Numbered from the whole stretch's first letter, positions 49,870 through 62,659 are shown. The stretch is 63,374 bases of DNA, filler included, from Octopus bimaculoides (GCF_001194135.2; 3 parts of 2 records of this genome joined end to end with filler, not necessarily neighbours in it), one strand, 5' to 3'. Program-made: numbers and translations. Notes: generated by a model not told the origin, from the letters alone.

Positions 49870-52030
49870 CCTCGAGGACTATGATGAATAAAGAGTGGGG
49901 TTGGGTGAGGGCTGAGGACTGATCCTTGGCGAACCCCTACCCCTACCTGGAATTCTTCACTGTACTTATTGCCAACCATCACCTTACTGACAGTATCCCT
50001 GTACATGGCTTGCACAGCTCTCACTAACCATTCATCTATCCTTAGTTTCCTCATTGACCACCAGATAAGGATTGGGGGACCCTGTCAAAGGCTTTCTCCA
50101 TGTCAACAAAAGCCAGGTATGGAGGTTTATCTTTGGTTAGGCATTTCTCCTGCAGCTGTCTTACCAGAAATATAGCATCAGTGGTGCTTTTCCCTGGCAC
50201 GAACCCAAACTGCATCTCATCTAGACTGACTCTTTCCCTAATTAGTTGGGCTATGACCCTCTCCATGACCTTCATTACATGATCCAACAACTTATTACCT
50301 CTGTAATTATTTGTATCTAAAGCATCACCTTTACTTTTGTAGCAGTTGACTATGGTGCTGCTATACCAGTCATTGGCTATGACTCCTTCATGTATCATCT
50401 GGTTAACTATATGGGTGACTAGGCTATAGCCAACACTGCCAGATATTTTGAGCATATCTGCGGTGATTCCTGATGGGCCGGGGGCTTTCCCTGTCTTCAT
50501 ACTCTTAATTGCTTTATCTACCAAAGTACTGTCAATTCGGATAGCTGGTCCCTCTGTTGGGTCGGCATTTGACAGACTCTTTTTCTCCCATTCATTCTCT
50601 TTATTTAGCTACTTTTCATAGTGGCGTCTCCAAACCTCTCTCTTTGCAGCCTCGTTTAATGCAAGTGAACCATTATCCATGTGGACACATTTCTCTCCTA
50701 CGACATCATGATTCTCTCTCACACATTGTCTTGCAACACGAAATACCTTGTCTTTGGTCCTCACGGTGCAGAACATTGGCAAATTTTTTCTTATCTGCTT
50801 CCCCTCTGGCTAAATAAACCTGCCTCCTAGCTTCCCTTCTGGCAGTCTGATACAATTCCCTGCTACCACCGTTTTTCCAGTCCTTACAAGCCTGTTTCTT
50901 TTCCCTTATGGCCCTGTCAACAACATTGTTCCACCACCACATTACCTTGGGTCGAGAGGAGACTTTGCCCCATCCACAAATCTGGTCAGTGGCCCTCAGC
51001 AGGTTGTCCCATAGAAACCTCTAGTTGTCTTCCACATCATGTGATGCTATATCCCCCTTTATTTCATCAAAAGCTTTGAGTAATACGTTTCTAAATTTCT
51101 GTCCATTTGCAGGATCTTTTAGCTTCCAGACCCGTCTCCTCCATGCTGGTCGTCTTCTGGGCATCGATTTAGCCCTGATCCTGAAGTCACTAACTACTAG
51201 TCTATGTTGTAGGTACATTCTTCACCTGGGAAGGTTTTGGCATTTATAAGCAGCCATCTTTCCCTTTTCCTAGCAAGGATGTAGTTAATTTGGCTAGTGT
51301 GTCTACCAGATTAGTAGGTGACTAGGTGACTGGCAGGTTTCCTGAAATTAGTATTGCAAACCATGAGATCATTTGCATCACAGAACTCCAGCAACCTGGT
51401 TCCCTCCTCATTGCAGGAACCAAAACCATGGCCTCCATGTATGCCATAGAAGGCCCCTCCATGTTGTCCAACATGTCCATTGAAGTCACCAGCCACAAAG
51501 ATAAGGTCTCTGTTATTCTTCAATGAGGTAGTCAGCAAGAGGGTGTCATAAAATCGGTCTTTCTGTCCATCAGGTAGTCCCGGTTGAGGGGCATAGGCCG
51601 AGATAATGGTTGCTAACCCATGATGTAGCACTAATCTAATCTTAAGTATTCTATCGCAGACTCTGACTACCTCAATTACCTTATCAACCCATTTCTCCAC
51701 AAGAAGTATACCCATACCCCTGACCCCTTCAGTGTTCCCTGTCCAGAAAATCTTGTACTTATGCTCCTTGCTTTTGAGGAACCTAGCGGAACCTCCTCTC
51801 CATCTTACTTCTTGGATGCAGCACAAATCTACATGTTTCCATTCAAGTGTCTCAACAATCTCACCAGACCTATCTTTCAGTGTGCCCACATTGAGTGTGT
51901 CAACCCTGAGGCTGTCGGAGGTGTGGGCCTGTGAGACCCTGGGATGAGGGATAGCAGCGTCATACACCTGAAAAGAAAGCTTGCATTTGGCAGAATTCAT
52001 AAACAAACAATAGCCTTCAACCTGCATACA
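49866..52030 (-). mobile_element. RTE-clade LINE: APE endonuclease plus N-terminal RT, 3' part missing, inactivated
   Basis: TLNVGTL..IQEVRWRG..IISAYAPQ..GDFNGHVG..GTRLLEFC; KAPGPSGI..NYRG.KLL..QFGFVPGKSTTDAIF..FVDMEKAFDRVP..GVRQGSVLSP..LFIIVLEA. Stops and frameshifts between ORFs. Confidence 0.93.
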
Positions 52031-52199
52031 CTATACCATCATTTTTATGCGCTACATGATCACTACCTTACATAGGAGATAAACCCTAAGTAGGGGTGGG
52101 GATGGCGTTAAGTCTTTAGAAGTGTTCATAGGAGACAACAAAAAGATGTCAGAGGATAGGGACTTCCAGTACAGGTGGTGGGGGCGGGTGTACTGTGAA

Positions 52200-53068
52200 T
52201 GAAAAATCTTAGAATTTTTGGTCAGTCAATCTGTGACAAAATTAGAGAAATAAGTGACGATGTGACAAAATTGAATAAAATGAATAAGTGACAATAGCAA
52301 ATGCCATTGAAAGGAACTTAAGATTGTTTTTAAAACATAACAGCATGAAAGATGAAACTATGTTTAAACTATGTTTACATAGGTAATGAAATAGAATAAT
52401 GAAAAGAACTAATAAGGGGATTATGATCTGCACAGAAAGAGAGGTGTTAGATGTATGAAGTTGAAAAAAAAACAAGATTTCTTATCTGAACATCTTCTGG
52501 ATTTGTATTCTTTTGGCGGAGTTATTAAAATGAAGTAGCGGAATCCGAATGAGCTAGTTTATATAGTGTGGAGTGGTGGAGGAGGGGGATGTGTTGGAGA
52601 AGCAAGTGGTTATCGAAACAGAGAGAGAGAGAGAAAGAGAGAGGGGGAGGGACCAGGGTTAGGCTGGTCAAGGATAGAACACGAGGGAGAAAAATATTTT
52701 TTGGGGATTTTGAGTAACAATTTAATGAAACAGCAAATGCTGATAACAGTGAAATAGAATTGAAAAATCTTAGAATTTTCGGTCAGCCAATCTGTGACAA
52801 AATTAGAGAAATAAGTGACGATGTGACAAAATTGAATAAAATGAATAAGTGATGATAGTAAATGTGTGTGAAAGGAACTTAGGTTTGTTTTAAAACATTA
52901 CAGTGTGGAAGATAAAACTATGTTTACATAAGTAATGAAATAGATAGAATAATGAAAAGAACTAATAAAGGAATTATGATCTGCACAGAAAGAGAGGTGC
53001 TAGATGTATGAAGTTGAAAAAAAAAAAACAAGATTTCTTATCTGAACATCTTCTGGATTTGTATTCTT
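52200..53068. repeat. Direct duplication of about 310 bp (52200-52512 and 52761-53068) around a purine-rich spacer
   Basis: Both copies run from gaaaaatcttagaatttt..ggtcag to catcttctggatttgtattctt, with scattered substitutions and indels. Confidence 0.9.
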
Positions 53069-53087
53069 ATTCCTCTTATACATACAT

Positions 53088-53141
<54 letters not shown>

Positions 53142-53445
53142 ATATGTAAATGATATTGGTTGTTTTGAGAATAGGTTTATATCTAAAACAACATTTTATA
53201 GATTTCTTGAATAAAATTTCAAACTCTGGATGAACTTCATATATTTAAGTTCTAACAGGAACAATTTTAAACTTTATGATAAAAAGTTGGTTATTTTATG
53301 AAATTATCTCAGAAAATAATTACTGATAATTGAAACACATAGGTGGTATATTTCATTAAAAATGTCACAACAAATTTTCAACCTCCTAAGAAATTAATTT
53401 AATTGATAGTTATTTTGTATAATCCATATAAAACTGTTTACGCAG

Positions 53446-53587
53446 GTTATTTTCCCAGTGAAGCTGAACCAGGAATGGAGCTTTCTCTGAAGATCCCGAG
53501 GTTTAGTGAACCTGGTATTCAAACTCATCCTGATTATAGTAACTGCATTCAGTTTTGTATGTCACAGGCAGACAGTAAGAAATGCAG
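53446..53587 (+). CDS. HSF-like gene, coding exon 3
   Basis: ctgtttacgcag|GT TAT.. reads (G)YFPSEAEPGMELSLKIPRF..QADSKKC AG|gtaatt. Phase 1 in, phase 2 out. Confidence 0.75.
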
Positions 53588-53807
53588 GTAATTATAATTC
53601 AGTTATATTTGATTACAAATAAAAATTGTAAATGTTACAGTTTTTCTGTATACAAGTTGTAAATTGCAATCAATATTCCAGTAATTGTTTATTGAAGATA
53701 ACAGTTGAAGTATTTAAAATTAAATGTAAATGTACTGTATAGAATAGTTGATAAATATTTGTTTTAAAATATTGATAATTAGTCAATTTGAAAATGAAAT
53801 ATCTTTA

Positions 53808-53972
53808 GGCGTAGGAGTGGCTGTGTGGTAAGTAGCTTGCTTACCAACCACATGGTTCCAGGTTCAGTCCCACTGCGTGGCATCTTGGGCAAGTGTCTTC
53901 TACTATAGCCCTGGGCCGACCAAAGCCTTGTGAATGGATTTGGTAGACAGAAACTGAAAGAAGCCTGTCTTA

Positions 53973-54037
<65 letters not shown>

Positions 54038-54255
54038 ATGTGTTTGTGTGTCTGTGTTTGTCCCCCAAACATCGCTTGACAACTGATGCTGGTGTGTTTA
54101 CGTCCCCGTAACTTAGCGGTTCGGCAAAATAGACCAATAGAATAAGTACTAGGCTTCCAAAGAATAAGTCCTGGGGTCGATTTGCTCAACTAAAGGTAGT
54201 GCTCCAGCATGGCCACAGTCAAAAGACTGAAACAAGTAAAAGAGTAAAAGAGAGT
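53808..54255 (+). mobile_element. Full-length SINE family C with an internal (TA)n(TG)n tract
   Basis: ggcgtaggagtggctgtgtggtaag..ggttcagtccc..ggatttggtagacagaaactgaaagaagcc..gctccagcatggcc..gtaaaagagtaaaagag. The central domain resembles the Nin/Deu SINE domain (from recall). Confidence 0.9.
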
Positions 54256-54429
54256 GTATTGCTGTGGGTACTGGAACCTGATTGTAGAGAGTTTACAAGG
54301 AGAAAGGTTTAGTCAAGAATAATTTAAAATGTTGATACAGTTGTTGTTTTGCTTCAGGCCAAACATATGACATGTAGTTGACTGGCTGAACAACAAGGCC
54401 TGACTCACAAATCCTTCTTTCTAGTTATT

Positions 54430-56950
54430 CCATATTTCCATCTGTCTGAGGATTACACTGGACACTTTGAGCTGTATCCCTTAATTGTATGGGGTTCAGT
54501 GTCATAGTCTGCACACATTGCTCTCTTCCCCCTCCTCAACCTATTCCCGTATATCTGCAAATGCTGTTGGTAGCTATAGCAGGTGGCAAGTGGGTAAGGT
54601 GGACAGTCAGAGTAGGACAGTTGCTACTCCTCTGCATCTATTAGGGGGCTGGTATGTGACTCAGAAATAATTTAGAACAATTGATATTCCAGCTGAGTGA
54701 GGGTGTTGATGTTGCTGCCATTTCTGTGTATGTGTCCTTTATGTGTATGAATCCTTAGGCTGAAGGAGAGGGACAGTGACTTGGGATGTTGTTATAGTCA
54801 TGATTGAAGGTTCTGATACATGTCCGGGTGTTTGGAAGTGATTTTCATGTAGTGTCAGTGACCGAAGTGAGAAGTTTTCTCCAAAGAAAAACTCAAGCAG
54901 GTAGTTATTGATATTTTATTCTGTTGGCAAAAAGTTGTGTCTCTGGTTGCTCTGAGTATGTTTGCACATTGTTTTTCTTTCTTCACTTCATCTTCTCTAT
55001 TTGTTGGGAATCTTGTGGAGGAGGTGTATGTAACTCACAATATTTTTGTCTCTTGTGTGTATTGTATGTTTATGTTGTTGAGTTGAGTGTAATGGTTGGT
55101 TGTATTTGTTGTTCTCTGGTGTTGCTGGCAAGAAGCCTGACTGGATTTGATTGATGCTACTTTAAGTCTGTGAAGTCAAAGTTCTAAATGACTGAAATAG
55201 AGTTAGAGTTCTGCATTAGTGTTTGCAGATTGGTGGGAGGGTATAATGTTATCTGCCTAAGAGGCTGGTATTATGTTTGAAAAATTACAGATTCTGGAAG
55301 AAGACCAGTCCTACACAGCAGAAGTGTTAGGACTGCATCCCTTGGTGAAGAGGAGTGGTCTGCAAGAGTCCTGTGCCAGTGCCATGTAAAAAGCACTCAT
55401 GCCAGTACCATGTAAAAGCGCTCATGCTGGTGGCATGTTAAAAGTACCCAGCACACTCTGTAAAGTGTTTGGTGTTAGAAAGGGCATCCAGCCATAGAAA
55501 CCAGGCCAAATCAAACTGGAGCCTGGGGTAGCTCTCTGGCTTGTCAGCTCCAGCTAAACCATCCAACCCATGCAAGCATGAAAAATTGATATTAAAGGAG
55601 GATGATGATGATGATAATGATGATTGATCTTGTACACTATATAGGCTTAATGACTTGGCACATAGTTTGCTAGCAGTGTTTTGTGTTTTTTCTTATGGCA
55701 AGAAATTTTTGTGTATGTAAATAGTAGAGAATAGATTCATATTAATGTTGATGGCATTTACAATGGTATTTGTTGAGGCTTTTGTTGTTGAAGTCATCAT
55801 ATATTCTTTTTTGGTTTGTGATTAGTGTGATGATTTGAATCTATGTTTTGAGAGAGGATGGTGTATGGGTTTGTGAGGTCAAAGATTAGCCTTTCTAGAA
55901 TTTTTGAGGGTGTCCTAAGGAGTGTGAAGGGTCTGTATGATATTGCTTCATTGGGGTTTTTGACAAGATTTAGAATTGTTATAATTTTCCCAGATTCTAG
56001 GAATTTAGCAGTGTTTGTGAGAGTATTTGTGGATGCCAGTGAGTGCTGTGATTCCTTCATGCCTAGGTATTTTAGGTGTATATTTGTGATTTTGTCTGGC
56101 CCTGAGGCTTCTGAGTTTTTAAATTTCTTCATTGCTTTTTGGGTGCCTGTTAGAAACAGGCGTAGGGATAAAAGCATGGTGTAGGTGGAAGGTACACATT
56201 TTCTTTATTGTTATGTTCTTTATGTGGTTTACAAGGGTCATGTTTTGAAAAATGTCCAATTAGCTTTGTATTGCAGTGAGGATATTTTATTTGAGGGTGT
56301 TACATTGATATTGTGTAATATGATCAATGTTCTTTTACTGTTAGTTCTGTGTGTGATTTATATTGGATACAAATACTTGCTACTTTTTTCCTGTGGTTTA
56401 TTATTTCCTAATTTAATTGTCTAATGCAGGGTTTTGGTTGTATGTGGTTTTAACATATTTTCTTTTGAAGTTGTCTTTAGTTTTTATGAGGTTTTCAATT
56501 TCTGATGCATAAATGTGGTTGTATTCTTTTTCATCGATTGTGGGATTTAATTTTTTAAATGTGTCTATAATTATTTCGTTGAATGTATGTCTTTCAGTGT
56601 GTATGTGGGGATATGATGTTATTGAATTTTGATAAAATTTGATCCTGTTTTTTTTTTTTTTGTAGAATTCGTTCCATTTTGCTTTTTTGAAATTTATGAA
56701 AGTGTATCGTGGTGATAATAAGCAGATTGTCTTTGGAAAGTTGGAGAGTCATTTGCCTAGTGGTTATGGTAACTAGGAGTTTGTGTGTGGAACAGAAAGT
56801 AATCTGGGAAAGAGTTGGTCTAGTTGACTTTGTGCGGTATGTGTGGGTCATTTAGCATATAAAGGCTGTTCAGATACCCTCTTATTTTCTGTACCATTTA
56901 AAAACTAGGAGGTACTGAGGGTATTTCAATCTCCCTCAATGATGATGTTT
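54430..56950 (-). mobile_element. Heavily decayed I/Jockey-like LINE ORF2, interrupted by a SINE at about 55300-55625
   Basis: AMKKFKNSEASGPDKITNIHLKYL..SYRPFTLLRTPSKILERL (RT N-terminus), an endonuclease-end remnant near 56600-56850, and C-terminal CADYDTEPHTIK..CP near 54450-54520. Confidence 0.65.
55300..55625 (+). mobile_element. SINE family D with an internal ~27-bp tandem repeat and (GAT)n tail
   Basis: Three gccagtgccatgtaaaaagcactcat-like units; ggtgttagaaagggcatccagcc..aacccatgcaagcatg..gatgatgatgat. Confidence 0.75.
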
Positions 56951-57620
56951 AACACTGAGGTCTGTATGTTGTTGGTTTTTATTTCAGGCTAGCATTTCTA
57001 GGGCAATATCATATTGTTAGTTTGTGATATCTGTAAATTAAATACAAAATCTTATGTAAGTTATATCACAATCAACTCTGTCAGAAAAGGTTCTCTCTAG
57101 TTTAATCAGCGTACAGTTTGTAATGGAAAGTGCTTTACTATTAGTTTCAAGAATGTTTTTTTAATTATTGCTATATATGTAGGAGAGTATTGTAGTTCGT
57201 TAGAAGCATTGTGTATTGTTTGTAAAGAATAAAAAGTTTTGAATGTTTATATAGTGAGTGATAGAAGTGAAAAGGATAGTTTAAAATATTTATATAATGT
57301 ACCAATGGGGTGAAAAGGTATGTTTGTGATATGTTTACAGTTATTGTATAGCCCCATGTCAGTTCTGGTTGATCAGACTTAGTATCAGAGGTATTCCAAC
57401 CATGAAAATTCCATCTTTTCCTAATGTGCTGGGAATCGAGATTTACATTATCTAATGTGTCTCTTTTTAAGATGGAAGGTGTGATTTAATGGAAGGGAGT
57501 TGGGTGTTATTTCTAGCAGGTTGAGAGATCATGTAGAGGTTCCCTTGTTGGCTTGTTTACACAGTGTGTGGTAGTGGTGAAGAAAAGGACTGGTTAAACT
57601 ATTTATGAAATGTGTGGTAG

Positions 57621-57652
<32 letters not shown>

Positions 57653-57838
57653 NNNNNNNNNNNNNNNNNNNNNNNNNNNNNNNNNNNNNNNNNNNNNNNN
57701 NNNNNNNNNNNNNNNNNNNNNNNNNNNNNNNNNNNNNNNNNNNNNNNNNNNNNNNNNNNNNNNNNNNNNNNNNNNNNNNNNNNNNNNNNNNNNNNNNNNN
57801 NNNNNNNNNNNNNNNNNNNNNNNNNNNNNNNNNNNNNN

Positions 57839-57871
<33 letters not shown>

Positions 57872-58749
57872 GTACACACATGCACGCATGCATACACACA
57901 CACACACACACAAGACAATCATTTTTACACGTGAATGCTTTTGTATAAATTACTACATCATGAAGTAAGAATGACATTTAGTTTCAATGTAGATAGACTA
58001 ACATAATTGGAATGTCTAAAAACACAATATAATGCATGCAATAGAGTTTAAATATGTTATCCATGGGATAGGTGTCCAGCACATTAACTAGTCAACCATG
58101 GTTTCTTTCTTTTATTTACTAAGCTCACAAAACTTTCAAACCACTGGAGATACAAGGTTAACCAGATTTGAATTTGATGTGTTACAATAACACAAAAGGC
58201 ATAAAGAAATTTTGTTTATTACAACATGAATATTTGAAACACAAGTTTATTTTTGGATGCTCTGCATAGTGGAATGGAATTAATTGCCTGCATATGAATA
58301 ATACACGACATATTCCCACATCCAATATATGATTAAGATTTAATTGCAATACGTTGTAGAAACTCAGTATGTTATAGAAAGAAAGCGATATTTATGCAGA
58401 TCAAAAATTGAATATAAAAAAATAACAATAATAAAGATATTGAAATATTACCTGAGAAATATTAAATTAGTTCTGATATTTTGGGCAAAATACCTCTTTC
58501 CAAAGGTGCTAAAAGAAACAGAGAAAGATAGGAAAATAGATAGTTAAATGGAGAGTGAGAGAGATTGATTATGTGTCTGTTCAGTTGTTATACTGTCTTT
58601 TGTGTGGTATATTGAAGGACTACTTGCATGGTGGTGTGGATTGTGTTCCATAGACTATCAGTAATGTGATGCATGAGGAGTGACTATTTATAATATCAGT
58701 TGACATCATTTTATTCTCACTGCTTGTTAATGTTAAGCTTTTTCTGTTT

Positions 58750-59760
58750 TTAGAAGAGCTCCTATTATCTGTACATTATGATATTATAGTCGGTGGCTTT
58801 TATGCTGACTGTAATGTCCTTGTTCTTGTTTGTGCATTTTCCAAGATGTTTTGCAAGATGATGCACGTATGTGCAGGTGTTCTTTGTTTTGGTTGTGTAA
58901 TGTCTGAATCATGCTGTCAAGTGTATTTGGTATGTGTACGCTTGATTTAATATGACATAAGCACATGTCTATGTTGCTATAGGTGCAGTTGGCCAGTATG
59001 CACAATAGGTTTCTGACTTTGAGAAGCTGTTTTCCTTGAGAGGCATTTCTGTAGAGAATCAGCTGTATACCTAACTCTTCCCTATGGATGATCTTGTCAA
59101 TAGCAGTGGTATTGTTATTGAAGTATGGTAACTTCAGGAAAAGGAGACAGGTATTGGGAGAATTTTGTTTCTTAGGCTTGGAATCCTGAAGACAACCAAA
59201 AGATGTTCGGTATTTATTGACTTCTAGCACCTTTTGGAACCATGTGGTGCGGATAGCTCGATCTTCTGCCACACTGCATCTGCATTGGATATAATTGAGT
59301 TCATTTCATATGTATCTCATCTTAGCATTGATAGGGAAGCTTGTCTGTGGTGGATGAATAGATTTCTGCCAGTGGTTTCTTGTAGAAGTTGGTGTTAATA
59401 TCACCTTTCTCTTGAAAGTCAACTAACAGGAAAAAAACCAGTGTTATTGTAGTGTTCAATACTGAATCCTATGTGGTCATTCATACTCACAAATGTTTCA
59501 GATATTGTGTTAGCTTCAGGAAGACGTGAGAGTGAATATGTCATCTATATATCTAGTGAGGAATGTACGGGTGAGACAGATGTTAAGTGCTTGGCAAATG
59601 TTGTTATTGATATTTATATTTGATCTACATTATTCAAAAACACACTGGTTTTCTACATATTCTTCAATATTTCAAGCAAGCTTTAACACTCTTCTGACAA
59701 TACTATATATCATATTGATTAAACTGTTTTGGGAATGTATGGTTATTTCAAATGTAATTA
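58750..59760 (-). mobile_element. Decayed Penelope-like element (RT C-terminal half to the start of the endonuclease)
   Basis: Minus strand RYIDDIFTL near 59535-59560, NDHIGFSIE, FYKKP, FLKLPYF..DKII. Confidence 0.7.
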
Positions 59761-60481
59761 CTTAAAATACTATGAAAATTTAGTAGTACAGAAAATGTTC
59801 AGACAGACTTTAATTAGTCAGATATATTATTGGTATTGTTGATGTTTCAGAGTAGCCTTCATTGAGCAAATCTATGATTGAAGTTGATCCAGCTGCATTC
59901 ATCCCACTACTTTGTATATCAAGGAGTATATTGTCCAATGTAGCTGCTTTTTTTTTTTTTACATGGTAGGGATTAATTTTAAAGAAACTTGACTGCCATT
60001 TCCATTAATGGACATATAGAGATTCCATCATTTGCTATATATTATAACATGCTGAAAAATTATTGGTCCCACTGGTGAAAAGTACATATTGGTTATTACA
60101 ATTCATATATAGGACAGAACAAATACTCAATGGTGATAATTTATCTTTGTATTATTGAAAAGTAAATATAAAACTGCCCTGTGCATTTCCTGAATGCAAA
60201 CTTGCACTGAAGAAACATTGAATTTTGTCTTAAAACTTCTTAACAAAAATATGAATTTTATATTATTAATGCATAGTTGAAATACATGCAAATATTTTTA
60301 ACACTTCTAAACAAAAACTGTATGTATGTAATAACAACTTCAAATATCTACCTGCAAAAACAAAGAACTAAAGCAAGATAAAACAAAACAAAAATACAAA
60401 CTTTCTTTTGAATTGAATTGTTTTACATGGAAATAGTTCATTAAATTAATACAGATTTCCACTGATTTTGACCTTTTCCAG

Positions 60482-60551
60482 ATCTGATAAAGAACCAGTG
60501 TTTGAAAATACTTTGAACAATAATGACTCTGGAACTGGATTTAACAAAGAA
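60482..60551 (+). CDS. HSF-like gene, coding exon 4
   Basis: ttttgaccttttccag|A TCT.. reads (R)SDKEPVFENTLNNNDSGTGFNKE|gtaaga. Phase 2 in, phase 0 out. Confidence 0.7.
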
Positions 60552-61720
60552 GTAAGATTCTATCTACTGAGAATCCTTTAAGAATAGTTGAGAGTAGTAT
60601 TTTCTGTGAAAGTATTCGAATATTAAATGATGTTGGAAAGTATTAGAGCAGACATTGTCGGTGCTGATGCCACTATCCCCACCACCAAAATTATGTTTGT
60701 TTTTCCAGGTTAACATGGGTTGGGTGGGATTTTTGGTGCAGTGTTTTATGGCAGGATACTCTTCTTGATGCCAGTCTTTTAGTTGCCTCTTATGACATGT
60801 GAGAATACTGTATACCTAATCTAAAAACCAAGGTATGCACATTAAAATGACTATTTCAGAATGGTCGTTTTAAAGAAAAATATAAGGAGACTTTGGGTAG
60901 AAAAACGGCACCGTATTAATAGAGTTGGTTTCAAGTACCTATTTTGGGACATTAGGAAATAAAAGTCAAAATTACCTTGGTTGAATTTAATGCAATAAAT
61001 GTGAGTACCAATTAGTTTGAGATGTCTTGGAGGAATGAATGCAGTGGTTGAGGTATTTCATGAAGAGAATGATGCTTAGTGTTGATAGTGAGCAATATCT
61101 TTTGGTATAGCTTCAAGACAGCCTCTCATGTGATGGTGCTATGATAAAATGTACCTAATATCCTCATTAAAGTGGTTGGCAATAGGAAAGTCATCCAGCT
61201 GTAGAAACCATGCCAAACAAATAGCACACAAGGGAAATGTGATCCCCAACTAGCCTAGTGGGGCAGTAATTTCTAGTATTTGACTTAGACTGTAATGGAA
61301 AGTCTACACCAAATGATAAAGATAATGATGATGATATATGTACACACATAATTTAAGTATATATACATGATAATATACATCCTGTACATTCACAAAATTT
61401 GTTGGCAAAGGAAGTGTATCCAGCTATAGAAAACATGGCAAAAGATGAACCATGCAACTGAGATGTGAATTTTACAAATTGCATCATAGGGTATTCATCT
61501 AGGAAAGGAGAATTTTGGAATGAGAACTTATACTAGAAAACTTACACTAGAAAACTCTTTAGTCCTTTTACATGAGAAAATCTTTTGCGCTTGTGTTCTG
61601 AACATATACGTCCCTTTAGTATGTGTGTGTGATTACTCTATATGTGTATGTAATCTATATCTACATATATAGTTGTGTATATATATATATATATATATAT
61701 GTAGATATAGATTACATACA

Positions 61721-62103
61721 CATAGGTGGTATCAAAAAGTTCCTGGACTAGTTCTGTCACATGCCAACAGATGGCAGCATATGGTTGCATGTGCATTGAG
61801 AGCTAGCAGTGACTTTCATGAAGCAGTATCTAAGTAACATTGCAGTGTTTACATCACAAATTGTGAAATATGTGGTTTTTTGATCACATGTATGCTGTAA
61901 TCTGCAATTTTGTCATGGACAGGAAGTTGGAATAAAGATCCACTGTGAAATTTTGTGTTAAACTTGGTAAGTCTGTTACAGAGACATTGAGCATGCTTTG
62001 GCATGCTTATGGCGATGAGGCAATGGGTCATATGCAATGTTTCAAGTGGCATGGGTGCTTCAAAAGTAGAAGAACATCCCTGGAAGATGATGAGCGATCT
62101 GGA
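61721..62103 (+). mobile_element. Mariner 5' end (TIR plus N-terminal HTH), cut by (TA)n and a gap
   Basis: ggtggtatcaaaaagttcctggact terminus; MDRKLE*RSTVKFCVKLGKSVTETLSML..AYGDEAM..CFKWH..FKSRRTSLEDDERSG. Confidence 0.85.
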
Positions 62104-62510
62104 AATATATATATATATATATATATATATANNNNNNNNNNNNNNNNNNNNNNNNNNNNNNNNNNNNNNNNNNNNNNNNNNNNNNNNNNNNNNNNNNNNN
62201 NNNNNNNNNNNNNNNNNNNNNNNNNNNNNNNNNNNNNNNNNNNNNNNNNNNNNNNNNNNNNNNNNNNNNNNNNNNNNNNNNNNNNNNNNNNNNNNNNNNN
62301 NNNNNNNNNNNNNNNNNNNNNNNNNNNNNNNNNNNNNNNNNNNNNNNNNNNNNNNNNNNNNNNNNNNNNNNNNNNNNNNNNNNNNNNNNNNNNNNNNNNN
62401 NNNNNNNNNNNNNNNNNNNNNNNNNNNNNNNNNNNNNNNNNNNNNNNNNNNNNNNNNNNNNNNNNNNNNNNNNNNNNNNNNNNNNNNNNNNNNNNNNNNN
62501 NNNNNNNNAG

Positions 62511-62582
62511 CTGTTTGAAGATTTCATCAGCCCCCTGTCAGAAAATGGCTTCAGGAGTTGTGAAGAAAGAATTTGTATGTAG
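62511..62582 (+). CDS. HSF-like gene, probable terminal coding exon 5
   Basis: AG at 62509-62510 directly after a gap, so the polypyrimidine tract is unseen. Phase-0 frame LFEDFISPLSENGFRSCEERICM*. An internal donor (ATTT|gtatgt) is an alternative. Confidence 0.5.
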   Translation: MFEDFISPLSENGFRSCEERICM

Positions 62583-62653
62583 TCTGTTTCTGAAAGCTAT
62601 TCTATTGGACGTCTGTATAATCATTAAAACATTTATCTAATTATGAACATAGA

Positions 62654-62659
62654 AATAAA
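62654..62659 (+). terminator. Candidate polyadenylation signal AATAAA
   Basis: 72 bp after the proposed stop; CpG depletion ends about here. Confidence 0.35.

Noticed and set aside
1999-62640. Long ORFs in the track made of X runs or HT/CV/YI/LS dipeptide repeats
   Set aside because: They arise from N gaps and microsatellites, not from coding sequence.
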